Assembly (NCBI GenBank): GCA_963663385.2
Contig: CAXXXD010000002.1
Coordinates: 1,024,001 to 1,088,000 of the forward strand
DNA: 64,000 bases
Direction of reading: 5' to 3'
Source: Oceanispirochaeta sp.
Lineage (GTDB): Bacteria; Spirochaetota; Spirochaetia; DSM-2461
The notes beneath the pieces are model-generated. The model was given only the letters and a program-made list of their open reading frames with translations, did no database searches and was not told the DNA's origin. Position 1 is the first letter of the stretch. Each line of letters starts with the position of its first letter. Made by a program: the position numbers and the translations under genes. Positions 38,436 through 47,837 of the stretch are shown in pieces.

Positions 38436-39785
38436 TTATGCAGATACGGTTGAGGAGCAGGCCAGAAGGACAATTTCAAAGCAGATCCTGTCGTTTTCAA
38501 GGTTTTCAACATGCATTTCAGCACCAAGAATTGCGGATATTCTGTGGGAAATTGTCAGGCCCAGGCCGGTTCCGCTGCGGTTCCGGCTGGTATCCGTTTT
38601 GTAGAGGGGGTCAAAAACTCTATTGATATGGTTTTCTGCAATATGGCCGCAATTGATAACACGGAATACGCCGATACCCGATTCCAGTTCAAGGGAAATC
38701 TGGATATCCGATTCTTCCGGAGAGTGCTGGATCGCGTTGCGTATTAGATGGTTGAAGGCTGTGGTCAGCAGGGAGAAGTCGCAGTTGAAGGTGAAATTCT
38801 GAAAATCCCAGACAAGGGTGATATCTTTTTCACAGGCTCTGTCCGACAGACTGCCGGCCAGATAATCCATAATGGCTATGCTGGATACGGTTTGTCTGTC
38901 CGGTTTATAGTCGGTAGCTTCTATCTTCGACAGAAATGAAAAATCCTTAACCAGAAGTTCAAGATTGCCCAGCTCTCCCAGTATGGTATCCCACCTGTCC
39001 GGGGTTATGGGCAGTATCCCGTCTCGTACAGCTATAAACTGGGACTTCAGGGCCGTTATAGGTGTTCTCAGATCATGGGCGATATTTTCATACCAGCGGA
39101 TCCGCATGTTTTCCTCGCTGATGAGATGATCCTGAAGAGAGAGGGCAGCGCTGTTAATTGTCGAAATTTCAGTTGTTACAGCCGGTATTACCTGGATATC
39201 ACGGGAGCCTTTGGAGAGATTGATAAGGTTTCTGGCTGTATTCCGCGTTTCCTTGACAAATACGCTGGCTATGCGAAAAGCCAGATAGAGTGAGAGTCCC
39301 ATGGAGAAAAGCATCCCTATAAGCGCTGTATGGATCATACGGGAGACAAAGAGTCTGTTAAAATCAAAATAACGGAAGCTGGTGGCGCGCAGGGTAAAGT
39401 ACCCTTTAATTTCCCCGTTATAAACATAGGCTTCGGCCGAATCAAAATCAGGGTCCTGGGGTTTATAATGATCCAGATTTCTGTTGACCCAGGATATCAG
39501 TAGTTCTCCACCCGGGCTGTAAATTTCTATCTGGGCTACACCTAACAGCCTTTCTCTGGCATCTGCTAAACCTCTGGCACAATTGTATGAACTGAGGTCG
39601 CCGTCCTTATTAATAATATTCAGAAGAAGAGTGTCCACGGTTACCCTGGCTTCCTGACTGATCATTTGGTTCCATCTGGTCCGGGAGCCCTGGTATCCTA
39701 TTAATAGGGAGGCGCAGACAAAAAACAGATTAAAAACAATAATGGATAGAAAAGCCGCCAGCATCCTGGCGCTCATGGATTTCAC
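38436..39785 (-). CDS. Membrane sensor histidine kinase (BaeS/CpxA-like)
   Basis: Two TMs, AHDLRTP, RNAIQHS, GTGLGL. Confidence 0.9.
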   Translation of the reverse strand: MKSMSARMLAAFLSIIVFNLFFVCASLLIGYQGSRTRWNQMISQEARVTVDTLLLNIINKDGDLSSYNCARGLADARERLLGVAQIEIYSPGGELLISWVNRNLDHYKPQDPDFDSAEAYVYNGEIKGYFTLRATSFRYFDFNRLFVSRMIHTALIGMLFSMGLSLYLAFRIASVFVKETRNTARNLINLSKGSRDIQVIPAVTTEISTINSAALSLQDHLISEENMRIRWYENIAHDLRTPITALKSQFIAVRDGILPITPDRWDTILGELGNLELLVKDFSFLSKIEATDYKPDRQTVSSIAIMDYLAGSLSDRACEKDITLVWDFQNFTFNCDFSLLTTAFNHLIRNAIQHSPEESDIQISLELESGIGVFRVINCGHIAENHINRVFDPLYKTDTSRNRSGTGLGLTISHRISAILGAEMHVENLENDRICFEIVLLACSSTVSA

Positions 39786-40468
39786 TTGCTGTTTCCTGCA
39801 AAACGGTATCCGTAGCCGCGGACTGTTTCTATCCAGTCCGGATTCTGCAGTTTAGCCCTGAGATTTTTTATATGGGTGTCAACGGTTCTGTCGTATCCTT
39901 CAAAGGAGTACTCAAGACAGCGGTCCAGGATCTGTTCCCTGGATACAACAGCTCCTCCGTTCGATGAAAGATAGAGGAGTATTTTCCACTCGGCTGCAGT
40001 CAGTTTCAGCGGCTGATCGTTCAGGAGGGCTTTGTGAGAGTCTTCATCGGTCGTCAGAATCTGCCCGTTCAGTTCCCATCCTGTCATTTTCTTCTGGGGT
40101 ATGGAAGTGCCGGCTCTTTTCAGAACGGCTCCCACCCGCAGAACCAGTTCCTTCGGGGAAAAGGGTTTGACAATATAGTCGTCGGCCCCCACTTCGAATC
40201 CGGTAATCCGGTCTGATTCGGACTCCCTGGCTGTCATGAATATAATAGGTATGTCCGATTTCTGCCGGATCTCTTTTGCAAAAACAAAGCCGTCCCCATC
40301 GGGCAGCATGGCGTCAAGGATGAGCAGATCCGGATTACGGGTCGTCAGGGCTTCCTTTACACCTCCCAGTGCATCGAACTCATCCACTTCGTAGTCCGAT
40401 AACTTCAGGTATCCCGAAACTGCTTCTCTGATAGAGTCGTTGTCTTCAATTACAAATATTAATGCCAT
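39782..40468 (-). CDS. OmpR family response regulator
   Basis: IEDN, LDAMLP, GADDYIVKPFS, DRTVDTHIKNLR, TVRGYGY. Confidence 0.93.
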   Translation of the reverse strand: MALIFVIEDNDSIREAVSGYLKLSDYEVDEFDALGGVKEALTTRNPDLLILDAMLPDGDGFVFAKEIRQKSDIPIIFMTARESESDRITGFEVGADDYIVKPFSPKELVLRVGAVLKRAGTSIPQKKMTGWELNGQILTTDEDSHKALLNDQPLKLTAAEWKILLYLSSNGGAVVSREQILDRCLEYSFEGYDRTVDTHIKNLRAKLQNPDWIETVRGYGYRFAGNSK

Positions 40469-40631
40469 ATTTACTATTCTGCCGGAGATCGTTTATTTTA
40501 TCCAGTCTTTTTTGCTGATCAGAAAGAAATTTACTCATCCCCGGTATGGCCGTATCAGGACTTCTCTTTCCTTTTATAAGGGTCTGTGGTATTATCCGGA
40601 AAAAATATCACTGAATATGGGAGATTACGGG

Positions 40632-41639
40632 ATGAGCAAACAGGTCGCTCTCACCGGTATCAAGCCTACCGGAATGCCGCATCTGGGGAACTACCTCGGA
40701 GCAATCAAACCCGCCCTGGAACTGGCGGAATCCTACGAAGCCCGTTACTTTATAGCGGACTATCACTCTTTGAATACCATCAAAAATCCGGAAGAACTCC
40801 GGAATTATACATATGAGATCGCAGCCTGCTGGCTGGCCTGCGGTCTGGATCCGGAAAAAGCTTTGATCTATCGGCAGTCTGATGTTCCCGAAACCTTTGA
40901 ACTGACCACCATGATTATGGCTTTTACCTCCAAGGGGCTGATGAACAGAGCCCATGCCTACAAGGCCCAGGTTGATCAGAACAGGGAGAAGGGGAAGCCG
41001 GATGACCACAATATCAATATGGGCCTTTATACGTACCCTGTGCTGATGGCGGCGGATATACTCCTTTTCGATTCAAACTATGTCCCTGTCGGAAAGGATC
41101 AGGTTCAGCATATAGAGATGGCCGTGGATATTGCCCAGGCTGTAAACAGAAACTATAACAAAGAGCTGCTGACCCTGCCCCAGCCCTTTGTTTCCGAAAC
41201 AACCCAGATTGTTACGGGAATGGACGGACGGAAGATGAGCAAGAGCTACGATAATACGATTCCCCTGTTTATTCCCGAGAAAAAGCTGAAAAAGCTCTGT
41301 AATAAAATCGTTACCAATTCACAGACCGTGGAAGAACCTAAGGATCCTGAAAACTGCAATGTTTTTACACTGTACAAACTCTTTGCCACTGAGGAGCAGC
41401 AGGCTGCACTGGCGGCCCGCTACAGAGCCGGCGGCATGGGTTGGGGGGAAGCCAAGGCTGAACTGTTCAAGGTTCTGAATGAGCACATTTCTCCCATGCG
41501 GGAAAAGTACGACGCCTTAATGGCGGATAAATCCATAATTGACAGGATATTAAAGGATGGGTCCGTTAAAGCCCGCGCTCTGGCATCGGCCAAAATCAAG
41601 ATGATGCGGGAAGTTATGGGATTTGACCACTTGGGATAA
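40632..41639 (+). CDS. trpS: Tryptophan--tRNA ligase
   Basis: TGIKPTG..HLGN, YPVLMAADIL, VPVGKDQ, KMSKS; start MSKQVA. Confidence 0.96.
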   Translation: MSKQVALTGIKPTGMPHLGNYLGAIKPALELAESYEARYFIADYHSLNTIKNPEELRNYTYEIAACWLACGLDPEKALIYRQSDVPETFELTTMIMAFTSKGLMNRAHAYKAQVDQNREKGKPDDHNINMGLYTYPVLMAADILLFDSNYVPVGKDQVQHIEMAVDIAQAVNRNYNKELLTLPQPFVSETTQIVTGMDGRKMSKSYDNTIPLFIPEKKLKKLCNKIVTNSQTVEEPKDPENCNVFTLYKLFATEEQQAALAARYRAGGMGWGEAKAELFKVLNEHISPMREKYDALMADKSIIDRILKDGSVKARALASAKIKMMREVMGFDHLG

Positions 41640-41659
41640 TTCTTAACAATTTCTTAACA
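41640..41659 (+). promoter_or_regulatory. 11-bp-spaced direct repeat (Pho-box-like)
   Basis: TTCTTAACA at 41640 and 41651. Confidence 0.45.
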
Positions 41660-41671
41660 TAGAATAAAATC

Positions 41672-41704
41672 AAAGAGAGGGAGGTCGAAGGATCTCCTTT
41701 TTTT
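41672..41704 (+). terminator. Rho-independent terminator after trpS
   Basis: GGAGGTC-GAAG-GATCTCC-TTTTTTT. Confidence 0.7.
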
Positions 41705-41750
41705 ATGTCCGGTACAGATTTTGCTTTTCCTTAAGAAAAAGGAGAAGAAC

Positions 41751-42641
41751 ATGTTGGATCAATTAACTCACCTTGTACTGGTTTATCAGTGCAAAGGAAT
41801 TTATAGGGATATCCTGGAGGAAGAGATTAACCTTCATATATATCGTTTCCCCGGAAACGGTTATGAACTGCCCGAAGAGGACTGGGGAGATTTTTTCCTG
41901 TCCATTCAGCAAAGAACGGATGCCCTGATTAATGGTTTTGAGTACCGTGGCTTTTCTTTCTACACCTATCTGAATAAAACCCTTCAATGGCATCTCAAAT
42001 CGTTCCGCTCCGGCTTGAAAAGAAAGCAGTATGACCAGTGGATGCTCGAAAAAGAGTCTATTCTGAACTTTCCGGATATTTTTGAATCCCCTGTTGAACA
42101 AAATTCCCTGAAAGAGCGCATTCTGTATCTGGTTGACACTTTGGGGTTCAGTGAAAAAAGGAGAGCTGTTTTAACTTCCCGTCTTTTTATCCTGATATTA
42201 AAAAATCTCCTGCTGATGAAGGAGTCGGATTACCTGGAATGTGCCCTTGCTCTCGGGTATTCCGTTTCGGATGCCATGGATATACGAATTCTTCTCCTTA
42301 CTTACCTCGAACCGAGGTTAAAAAGACGGGAGCACTTTATAATAAGAAGGAATAAGTACTATCACAAAATTTCCTGTCTGGAAAAACAGCTGAAAGATCA
42401 TATCGATTCAGAGCTGAGGGATAAACTGAGAGAGCGCTGCCTCCAACTGAAAATGAGGAAGGAGAAGGTTAACGAACACATTAGGCGGATTAATGTTCTG
42501 CCTACCAATAGTGAAATAAGCAGGGTTCTCAAAGTTCCCAAGGGATCGGTGGATTCCGGGCTCTATTATCTGCGGGAACATCTTGAGGTTTACGGAAATA
42601 AAGCTTCTTGCCCCATGGGGGGAAATGAATTATTCTGCTGA
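41751..42641 (+). CDS. Atypical sigma70-like protein
   Basis: Region-2-like FEYRGFSFYTYLNKTLQW and region-4 HTH TNSEISRVLKVPKGSVDSGL; SD AAGGAG. Confidence 0.6.
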   Translation: MLDQLTHLVLVYQCKGIYRDILEEEINLHIYRFPGNGYELPEEDWGDFFLSIQQRTDALINGFEYRGFSFYTYLNKTLQWHLKSFRSGLKRKQYDQWMLEKESILNFPDIFESPVEQNSLKERILYLVDTLGFSEKRRAVLTSRLFILILKNLLLMKESDYLECALALGYSVSDAMDIRILLLTYLEPRLKRREHFIIRRNKYYHKISCLEKQLKDHIDSELRDKLRERCLQLKMRKEKVNEHIRRINVLPTNSEISRVLKVPKGSVDSGLYYLREHLEVYGNKASCPMGGNELFC

Positions 42642-42643
42642 AT

Positions 42644-43240
42644 ATGGAAATAGTATTGGCAAGCGGTAATCTGCATAAAAAAAAGGAATTGGAAAAGATC
42701 TTTTCCAATCATACATTGTTGCTTCCCGGAGATTTGGGAATAGAATTCGACTGTGACGAAACAGGGAAAAACTTTCTGGAGAACGCACTGCTCAAAGCTG
42801 AGACTCTGTATAGGCTGACCGGAAAACCTGTTCTGGCTGATGATTCGGGACTGTGTGTTGATGCTCTGGACGGCGCTCCGGGAATCTACTCCGCCCGATT
42901 CGGGTCTGAGGAGGGAGAAGCGCCTTTGAGTGACTCCGACAGGAATGCACTCCTTCTGTCCCGTATAGGGGAAGGGAAAGACCGGTCCGCTTTTTTTGTC
43001 TGCTGTATGGCTCTTATGGTGGATCCTCACAGGATCTTTACCGTACAGGAGTCCTTTCCCGGCTCTATAAGCCGGACTCCTTTCGGAGGAGGCGGTTTTG
43101 GTTATGATCCTGTTTTTATCGAACCTGAGTCGGGCAGGACTGTGGCGGAACTGCCGGAGGAGGAGAAGAACAGGATCTCTCACCGGGGCAGAGCCGGCAG
43201 GCGGATGAATGCCATTCTGGAGGATCTGGATGAACAATAA
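42644..43240 (+). CDS. rdgB: Non-canonical purine NTP pyrophosphatase
   Basis: SGNLHKKKE, ADDSGL, APGIYSARF, FGYDP, SHRG. Confidence 0.95.
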   Translation: MEIVLASGNLHKKKELEKIFSNHTLLLPGDLGIEFDCDETGKNFLENALLKAETLYRLTGKPVLADDSGLCVDALDGAPGIYSARFGSEEGEAPLSDSDRNALLLSRIGEGKDRSAFFVCCMALMVDPHRIFTVQESFPGSISRTPFGGGGFGYDPVFIEPESGRTVAELPEEEKNRISHRGRAGRRMNAILEDLDEQ

Positions 43241-45029
43241 CAACTGTATTCCTCTCCGGGAGGATGTCCCCTCCGGGGATAAGTGGGACCTTTCGTCACT
43301 TTTCGTCAGCGAAGAAGCCTGGGAGGAGGGGCTGGAAACCTTTGAAAAAATGATACCTGAAATTGCCGGGTTCAAGGGTACCCTCGGCGAATCGGCGGAA
43401 CAGCTGAAAGCCTGTCTGGATTTTTTCAATGATCTGGAGATCCTTGAGGAGAGGCTGGGGTACTATGCCATGCTCCGCAAGGAGGAAAATGTCGGGGACA
43501 GCAGCGGTTCCGGCCGGATGGCCCGTTATATGAGCGTGGCAACCAGAAGCAGCGCGGAAGCCGGATTCCTGAAACCGGAGATCCAGAGCTTGAGCGGGGA
43601 ACAGCTGGACCGGTATCTGACGTCTCCTGTTCTTGAGGAATTCCGGATCTCGTTAAAGAAACTGATTCGTTACAAGCCTCATATCCTCTCAGAGAAAGAG
43701 GAGGTTCTTCTGGCGAAACAGTCCGAATTCGCCCAGACGGCCCGGAAGGCCTTTTCCGCTTTAACCAATGCGGATCTGGAATTCGGTTCTCTTCGATCGG
43801 GAGGAGAAGAAAAACCTCTTACCAACTCAACCTTCGGGGTCTTTCTGCTGGATCCGGACAGGGATGTTCGAAAAAAAGCGTTCTCACAGTTCTACAAACA
43901 GTTTGAAGGGCATAAAAACACCCTGGCTGAACTCTACTCCGGCAGTGTTTTAAAGGATATCTTCTCAGCCAGAATCAGAGGATTTGAAACAGCCCGGCAG
44001 TCCAGCCTGTTTCCCGATAATGTTCCCGAATCGGTTTATGATAATCTGGTGGAATCTGTCGGAGATAATCTGGAACCTCTTCACCGCTACTATGAACTGA
44101 GGCGAAAAGTCCTCTCTCTGGATAAGCTTCACCTCTACGATACAAAAGTGTCCCTTATTCCGGATGTTAAAGTTCGCCACAGTTATGATGATGCCGTGGG
44201 TAAAGTACTCGAGTCTCTGGGACCCCTGGGGGAAGAGTATGTATCCACACTGCAAAGCGGTCTGACCGGTGGCTGGGTAGACCGGTATGAGAATAAGGGA
44301 AAACGATCCGGCGCTTTCTCGGCGGGGTCCTACAAGGGCGATCCCTACATCCTGCTGAATTTCAAGGAAGACGATATCCGGGATGTTTTTACCCTTGCCC
44401 ATGAGGGAGGCCACTCCATGCACTCCTGGTACTCGGTGCGCAACAATCCTTTTCAGGACTATAACTACACCATATTTGAGGCGGAAGTGGCTTCTACCTT
44501 TAATGAGCAGCTGCTGGCCAGATACCTGCTGGAACAGACCGGGGACAGGGATATGCGTCTGTATCTGATCGGCAGGCAGGTGGATGACATCCTGGCTACC
44601 ATATACAGGCAGACCATGTTTGCAGAGTACGAACACACATGTCACTCCCTGGTTGAGGGGGGCGAGGCTCTTACCATTGAAGTATTGAGGAAGGAGTACC
44701 GGTCTCTGCTGGAGAAATACTTCGGTCCGGCCGTCGTGCTGGACGAAATGGCAGACCTGGAAGGTTTGAGAATACCCCATTTCTACAGCGCTTTCTATGT
44801 TTACAAATACGCTACGGGTCTTTCTGCCGCTATGGCTCTGTCCGAAATGGTTCTGGAGGGGGGGCAAAAGGAACAGGCTGATTATTTGAACTTTCTGAAG
44901 TCCGGGGGCTCCCGTTTCCCTCTGGACTCACTGAAGCTGGCAGGTGTGGATATGTCTTCTCCCGAACCGGTTAACCGTGCCCTGAAACGGTTTGCTTCCC
45001 TTGTGGAGGAGCTTGAAAGTTCTTTGTAG
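43230..45029 (+). CDS. pepF: Oligoendopeptidase F
   Basis: KWDLS, GKRSGAFS, HEGGHSMH, AEVAST, HFY..FYVYKYA. Confidence 0.95.
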   Translation: MNNNNCIPLREDVPSGDKWDLSSLFVSEEAWEEGLETFEKMIPEIAGFKGTLGESAEQLKACLDFFNDLEILEERLGYYAMLRKEENVGDSSGSGRMARYMSVATRSSAEAGFLKPEIQSLSGEQLDRYLTSPVLEEFRISLKKLIRYKPHILSEKEEVLLAKQSEFAQTARKAFSALTNADLEFGSLRSGGEEKPLTNSTFGVFLLDPDRDVRKKAFSQFYKQFEGHKNTLAELYSGSVLKDIFSARIRGFETARQSSLFPDNVPESVYDNLVESVGDNLEPLHRYYELRRKVLSLDKLHLYDTKVSLIPDVKVRHSYDDAVGKVLESLGPLGEEYVSTLQSGLTGGWVDRYENKGKRSGAFSAGSYKGDPYILLNFKEDDIRDVFTLAHEGGHSMHSWYSVRNNPFQDYNYTIFEAEVASTFNEQLLARYLLEQTGDRDMRLYLIGRQVDDILATIYRQTMFAEYEHTCHSLVEGGEALTIEVLRKEYRSLLEKYFGPAVVLDEMADLEGLRIPHFYSAFYVYKYATGLSAAMALSEMVLEGGQKEQADYLNFLKSGGSRFPLDSLKLAGVDMSSPEPVNRALKRFASLVEELESSL

Positions 45030-45031
45030 GG

Positions 45032-45087
45032 AACCCTCTCCCCAGTTCCCTCTCCCAGGGGGCGAGGGGAATCAAAGGGGTGAGGGT
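45032..45087. repeat. BoxC-like palindromic repeat, type 2
   Basis: ACCCTCTCCCCAGTTCCCTCTCCCAGGGGGCGAGGGGAATCAAAGGGGTGAGGGT. Confidence 0.75.
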
Positions 45088-45100
45088 GACGGCAGGTGTT

Positions 45101-45769
45101 CTACTCCTGCCGGTACCAGTCCATTTTCTGGCCTATCCTGCCGGCCAGTTCTTCCATATCCTTGTCGGTATGGTACTCCATGCCTGCCCGGCTCATGGAA
45201 ATTCCTCCATCCTGATCCCGCAGCCGTATGGCGCTGTGGTGGGTTGCTTCAAGGGGAATCCTGATTCTTCCCCGGGGATCGCTTATATCAAGGGTGCCGT
45301 TACAGAGACAGAAGTAGGTTGTCCGGTTGTCTTCTTTTTTTATGAAAAAAGACGTTCCTCTTACACCTGCTATTACATTCCCGGATTCTATGTGAAAAAG
45401 ATCGTCTTCCTTTTTCAGGAGGGTTTTTATATTCCTGAGAACAGCCGCCGCAGTTCCTCTCTCTACGTTCACCATAGCTTCCGAGAAGGATATTCTCATA
45501 ATGGTATCATCGAAAATCCTGATGATATTGCTGCCCAGAAATGTAATTTCGCAGTATCCGTTCTCATCCGTCTGGAGAATCGATCCATCAGGCACTTTTG
45601 CCCCGACCAGTACCGGATTTCCATTGATAAGAACACTCCCTTCCAGTCCGATTACAGATCCCTGAACAGAGGAGGACTGGACATTGCCGCTATTTTTTGA
45701 AGGAGAACAGGAAAGTCCAAATATCAGTAAAAAAAACATCAAAAGATAAAAAAAACGCATTTTCTTCAT
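45101..45769 (-). CDS. FecR-domain lipoprotein
   Basis: Lipobox GLSC; AGVRGTSF motif. Confidence 0.75.
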   Translation of the reverse strand: MKKMRFFYLLMFFLLIFGLSCSPSKNSGNVQSSSVQGSVIGLEGSVLINGNPVLVGAKVPDGSILQTDENGYCEITFLGSNIIRIFDDTIMRISFSEAMVNVERGTAAAVLRNIKTLLKKEDDLFHIESGNVIAGVRGTSFFIKKEDNRTTYFCLCNGTLDISDPRGRIRIPLEATHHSAIRLRDQDGGISMSRAGMEYHTDKDMEELAGRIGQKMDWYRQE

Positions 45770-45869
45770 AATTCAGATCTCCCCATACCTCGAATTGTAA
45801 GATAAAAAGCTTTTATATGGAAAGGAAATAAGGGATTTCTTCATTAAAATGGTTTTTGTATAAAATAGT

Positions 45870-45899
45870 TTGACAACATGGAGTCATATTCGTTACCAT
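45870..45899 (+). promoter_or_regulatory. sigma70 promoter of the 45942 gene
   Basis: TTGACA-18-TACCAT; predicted TSS about 45906-45907. Confidence 0.65.
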
Positions 45900-45941
45900 T
45901 TCTACTATTGAAACAAACTTAATAACATTGAGGAGAAATTA

Positions 45942-46919
45942 ATGAAGAAATTATTAGTTCTGCTAATTCTTATTTCTTTCACAGTCGGCGTATTTGCCGA
46001 CGATGCTCTGGTTATGCCCGAGGGTGTAATCCGCGCCTATTTCGTCGGATCATACGGGATGACCGACAGTGCATATGATTCTGACGGAGAAGAACAGGAT
46101 TCTGATACAGGAGAAACCAAATTCTTTAATCAGGGATATGCTGTGGAACTGGGTGTAACCGATTCCATTACAGCAGCCCTGCAGTGGGTTCCCGGGCATA
46201 ACCTCTATTCGGATGTCGAAAATGCTGAAGACGTTGAGCTTTCGGGAGCTTATGATCTGTTTGCGGGTGCCAAAATCCAGATCCTCGGAGATCATGGTTT
46301 TGTAAAGAACGATCAGTTCCGTTTTTCAATGGCTCCCGGTTTCAGAATCCCCCTGGATTCCTATGATGCGGTAGAGGAAGCTGAAAACTATTTGGCTGGA
46401 GATTCCTACAGAGCTTCAGGTGTGTCAAATGAGTCTCTCGGAATCGGTTCAAGGATTTACTTTGACTACATTGTAAATGAAAACTTTTTCCTGAACCTTT
46501 ACAGTGAAATTATCTATAATATTCCCGTTGATAAAACGTCTGCAGATCTTGGAGCTGATGCGATCGGGGCTGCTATGATGGGTACAGATCTTGATGAATT
46601 GGAGTATAAATACGGAACCGATATGGTTTTCGAATTTGAACCCCAGTACAGCTATTCTGTAACAGACAAGAGTTCTCTGAAATTTTACCTGCCCGTTAAC
46701 TATGCCATTACACAGGATGTTGAAGTGGAAGGGGAAAAAGTGGATGATTCCGGCAGCAAATATCTGCAGCTCCGACCCGGACTCGGTTACTTCTGCGGCG
46801 ATTTCAAGGTTCCCTTTGAAGCTTCCGTACAGTACGGTCTTCCCCTTATGGGTGAAAATACAGCAAAGATGCATACCATTGTTTTCAAGCTGAAAGTATA
46901 CGCCAGACTGTGGGAATAG
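45942..46919 (+). CDS. Outer-membrane beta-barrel protein (predicted sRNA target)
   Basis: Signal peptide ending VFA; amphipathic beta strands with an aromatic girdle; terminal strand VFKLKVYARLWE; SD GAGGAG. Confidence 0.7.
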   Translation: MKKLLVLLILISFTVGVFADDALVMPEGVIRAYFVGSYGMTDSAYDSDGEEQDSDTGETKFFNQGYAVELGVTDSITAALQWVPGHNLYSDVENAEDVELSGAYDLFAGAKIQILGDHGFVKNDQFRFSMAPGFRIPLDSYDAVEEAENYLAGDSYRASGVSNESLGIGSRIYFDYIVNENFFLNLYSEIIYNIPVDKTSADLGADAIGAAMMGTDLDELEYKYGTDMVFEFEPQYSYSVTDKSSLKFYLPVNYAITQDVEVEGEKVDDSGSKYLQLRPGLGYFCGDFKVPFEASVQYGLPLMGENTAKMHTIVFKLKVYARLWE

Positions 46920-46944
46920 AAATCTGATTTAATCTTTTGATTGA

Positions 46945-46998
46945 AGCCGTCCTTCCCCTCGACTTTGCTCGGGGATCTTGAGGACGGCTGTTTTATTT
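46945..46998 (+). terminator. Terminator with a REP-like unit in its loop
   Basis: AGCCGTCCT...AGGACGGCT-GTTTTATTT; the loop contains CCTCGACTTTGCTCGGG. Confidence 0.65.
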
Positions 46999-47065
46999 AT
47001 AAATTGAATTTGTTTCTGGTTTCTGAACACATCGTGCCGAGCATAGCCGAGGTAAAGTCAGGGGA

Positions 47066-47704
47066 TCAGGCTCTGATGGCGGAAAGCAGAAGCGAGAACA
47101 TGGTTTTAATCAGGTCGTCATCATTGACGTTCATGCTGGCCTTTATCCAGCTCTTGCGGACATATATTTTCTGCATGGTCGCCTGAATCATTGTCAGAAT
47201 TGTAACTGCCATTTCCCGGGGATTACTGATTTTCCGGATGGATCCGTCATCAATTCCCATCTGTATGGTTTTTTCGATATCCATAGTCAGCGCATTCAGA
47301 ATCCCCAGGCATTTCCGGGCATCTTCGCTGGGGCTGTCCATGAAATTGATCTTCTGGTCCAGTAGCAGGGTAAAGACAAACTGATTAAAATGGTCTTTGT
47401 AGTATTCCAGAAAGGTGTTCTGTATCACTTCCAGCTTTTTCAGCCCTGTTGCATGTTTGGAGTCAAAAGACTCTCTGAACATCTCCTTCAGCTTTGCATA
47501 GGATTCCAGCATAATGATATAGGAAATCTCTTCCTTGCTTGTAAAGTAGTGATAGAGGGTTCGTCTGCTCAGTTCCGCCTGTTCCGCTATGTTCAGCATG
47601 GTTGTGTTTTCATACCCCTTGGACATGAACAGTTCCCTGGCTGCGGTCAGTATCTCACGGACCCTCTGGTCTTTTTCTCGTTGTTTGCGTTCTGCTATTC
47701 CCAT
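47066..47704 (-). CDS. TetR/AcrR family transcriptional regulator
   Basis: ILTAARELFMSKGYENTTMLNIAEQAELSRRTLYHYFTSKEEI HTH. Confidence 0.93.
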   Translation of the reverse strand: MGIAERKQREKDQRVREILTAARELFMSKGYENTTMLNIAEQAELSRRTLYHYFTSKEEISYIIMLESYAKLKEMFRESFDSKHATGLKKLEVIQNTFLEYYKDHFNQFVFTLLLDQKINFMDSPSEDARKCLGILNALTMDIEKTIQMGIDDGSIRKISNPREMAVTILTMIQATMQKIYVRKSWIKASMNVNDDDLIKTMFSLLLSAIRA

Positions 47705-47767
47705 TTCCCTAGTTAATTCCGCTTATTGGTATTTGTCAAGGCTGATTACCGATCTGATCAGATGCAG

Positions 47768-47837
47768 AAAAAAAATGGCCGGATATTTCAAATTGAAACA
47801 AACTTAATAACATTAAGGAGAAATATCCAGCCGATAT
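47768..47837 (-). ncRNA. Candidate trans-acting antisense sRNA (about 70 nt; single stem, 30-nt loop, U-tail)
   Basis: AUAUC-GGCUGGAUAUUUC-UCCUUAAUGUUAUUAAGUUUGUUUCAAUUU-GAAAUAUCCGGCC-A-U8; 33-nt complementarity to 45907-45939; promoter immediately upstream. Confidence 0.75.

Noticed and set aside
45871..45886. TGAC-N8-GTCA palindrome over the -35 of the 45942 promoter
   Set aside because: Only 4-bp arms, one of which is the -35 itself; does not match the TGCAC operator.
47792..47824. The 33-bp copy read as the 5' remnant of a duplicated + strand gene
   Set aside because: No ATG/ORF follows its SD and no + strand promoter was copied. The stem, U-tail, promoter and G-U-compatible changes all point to the minus strand.
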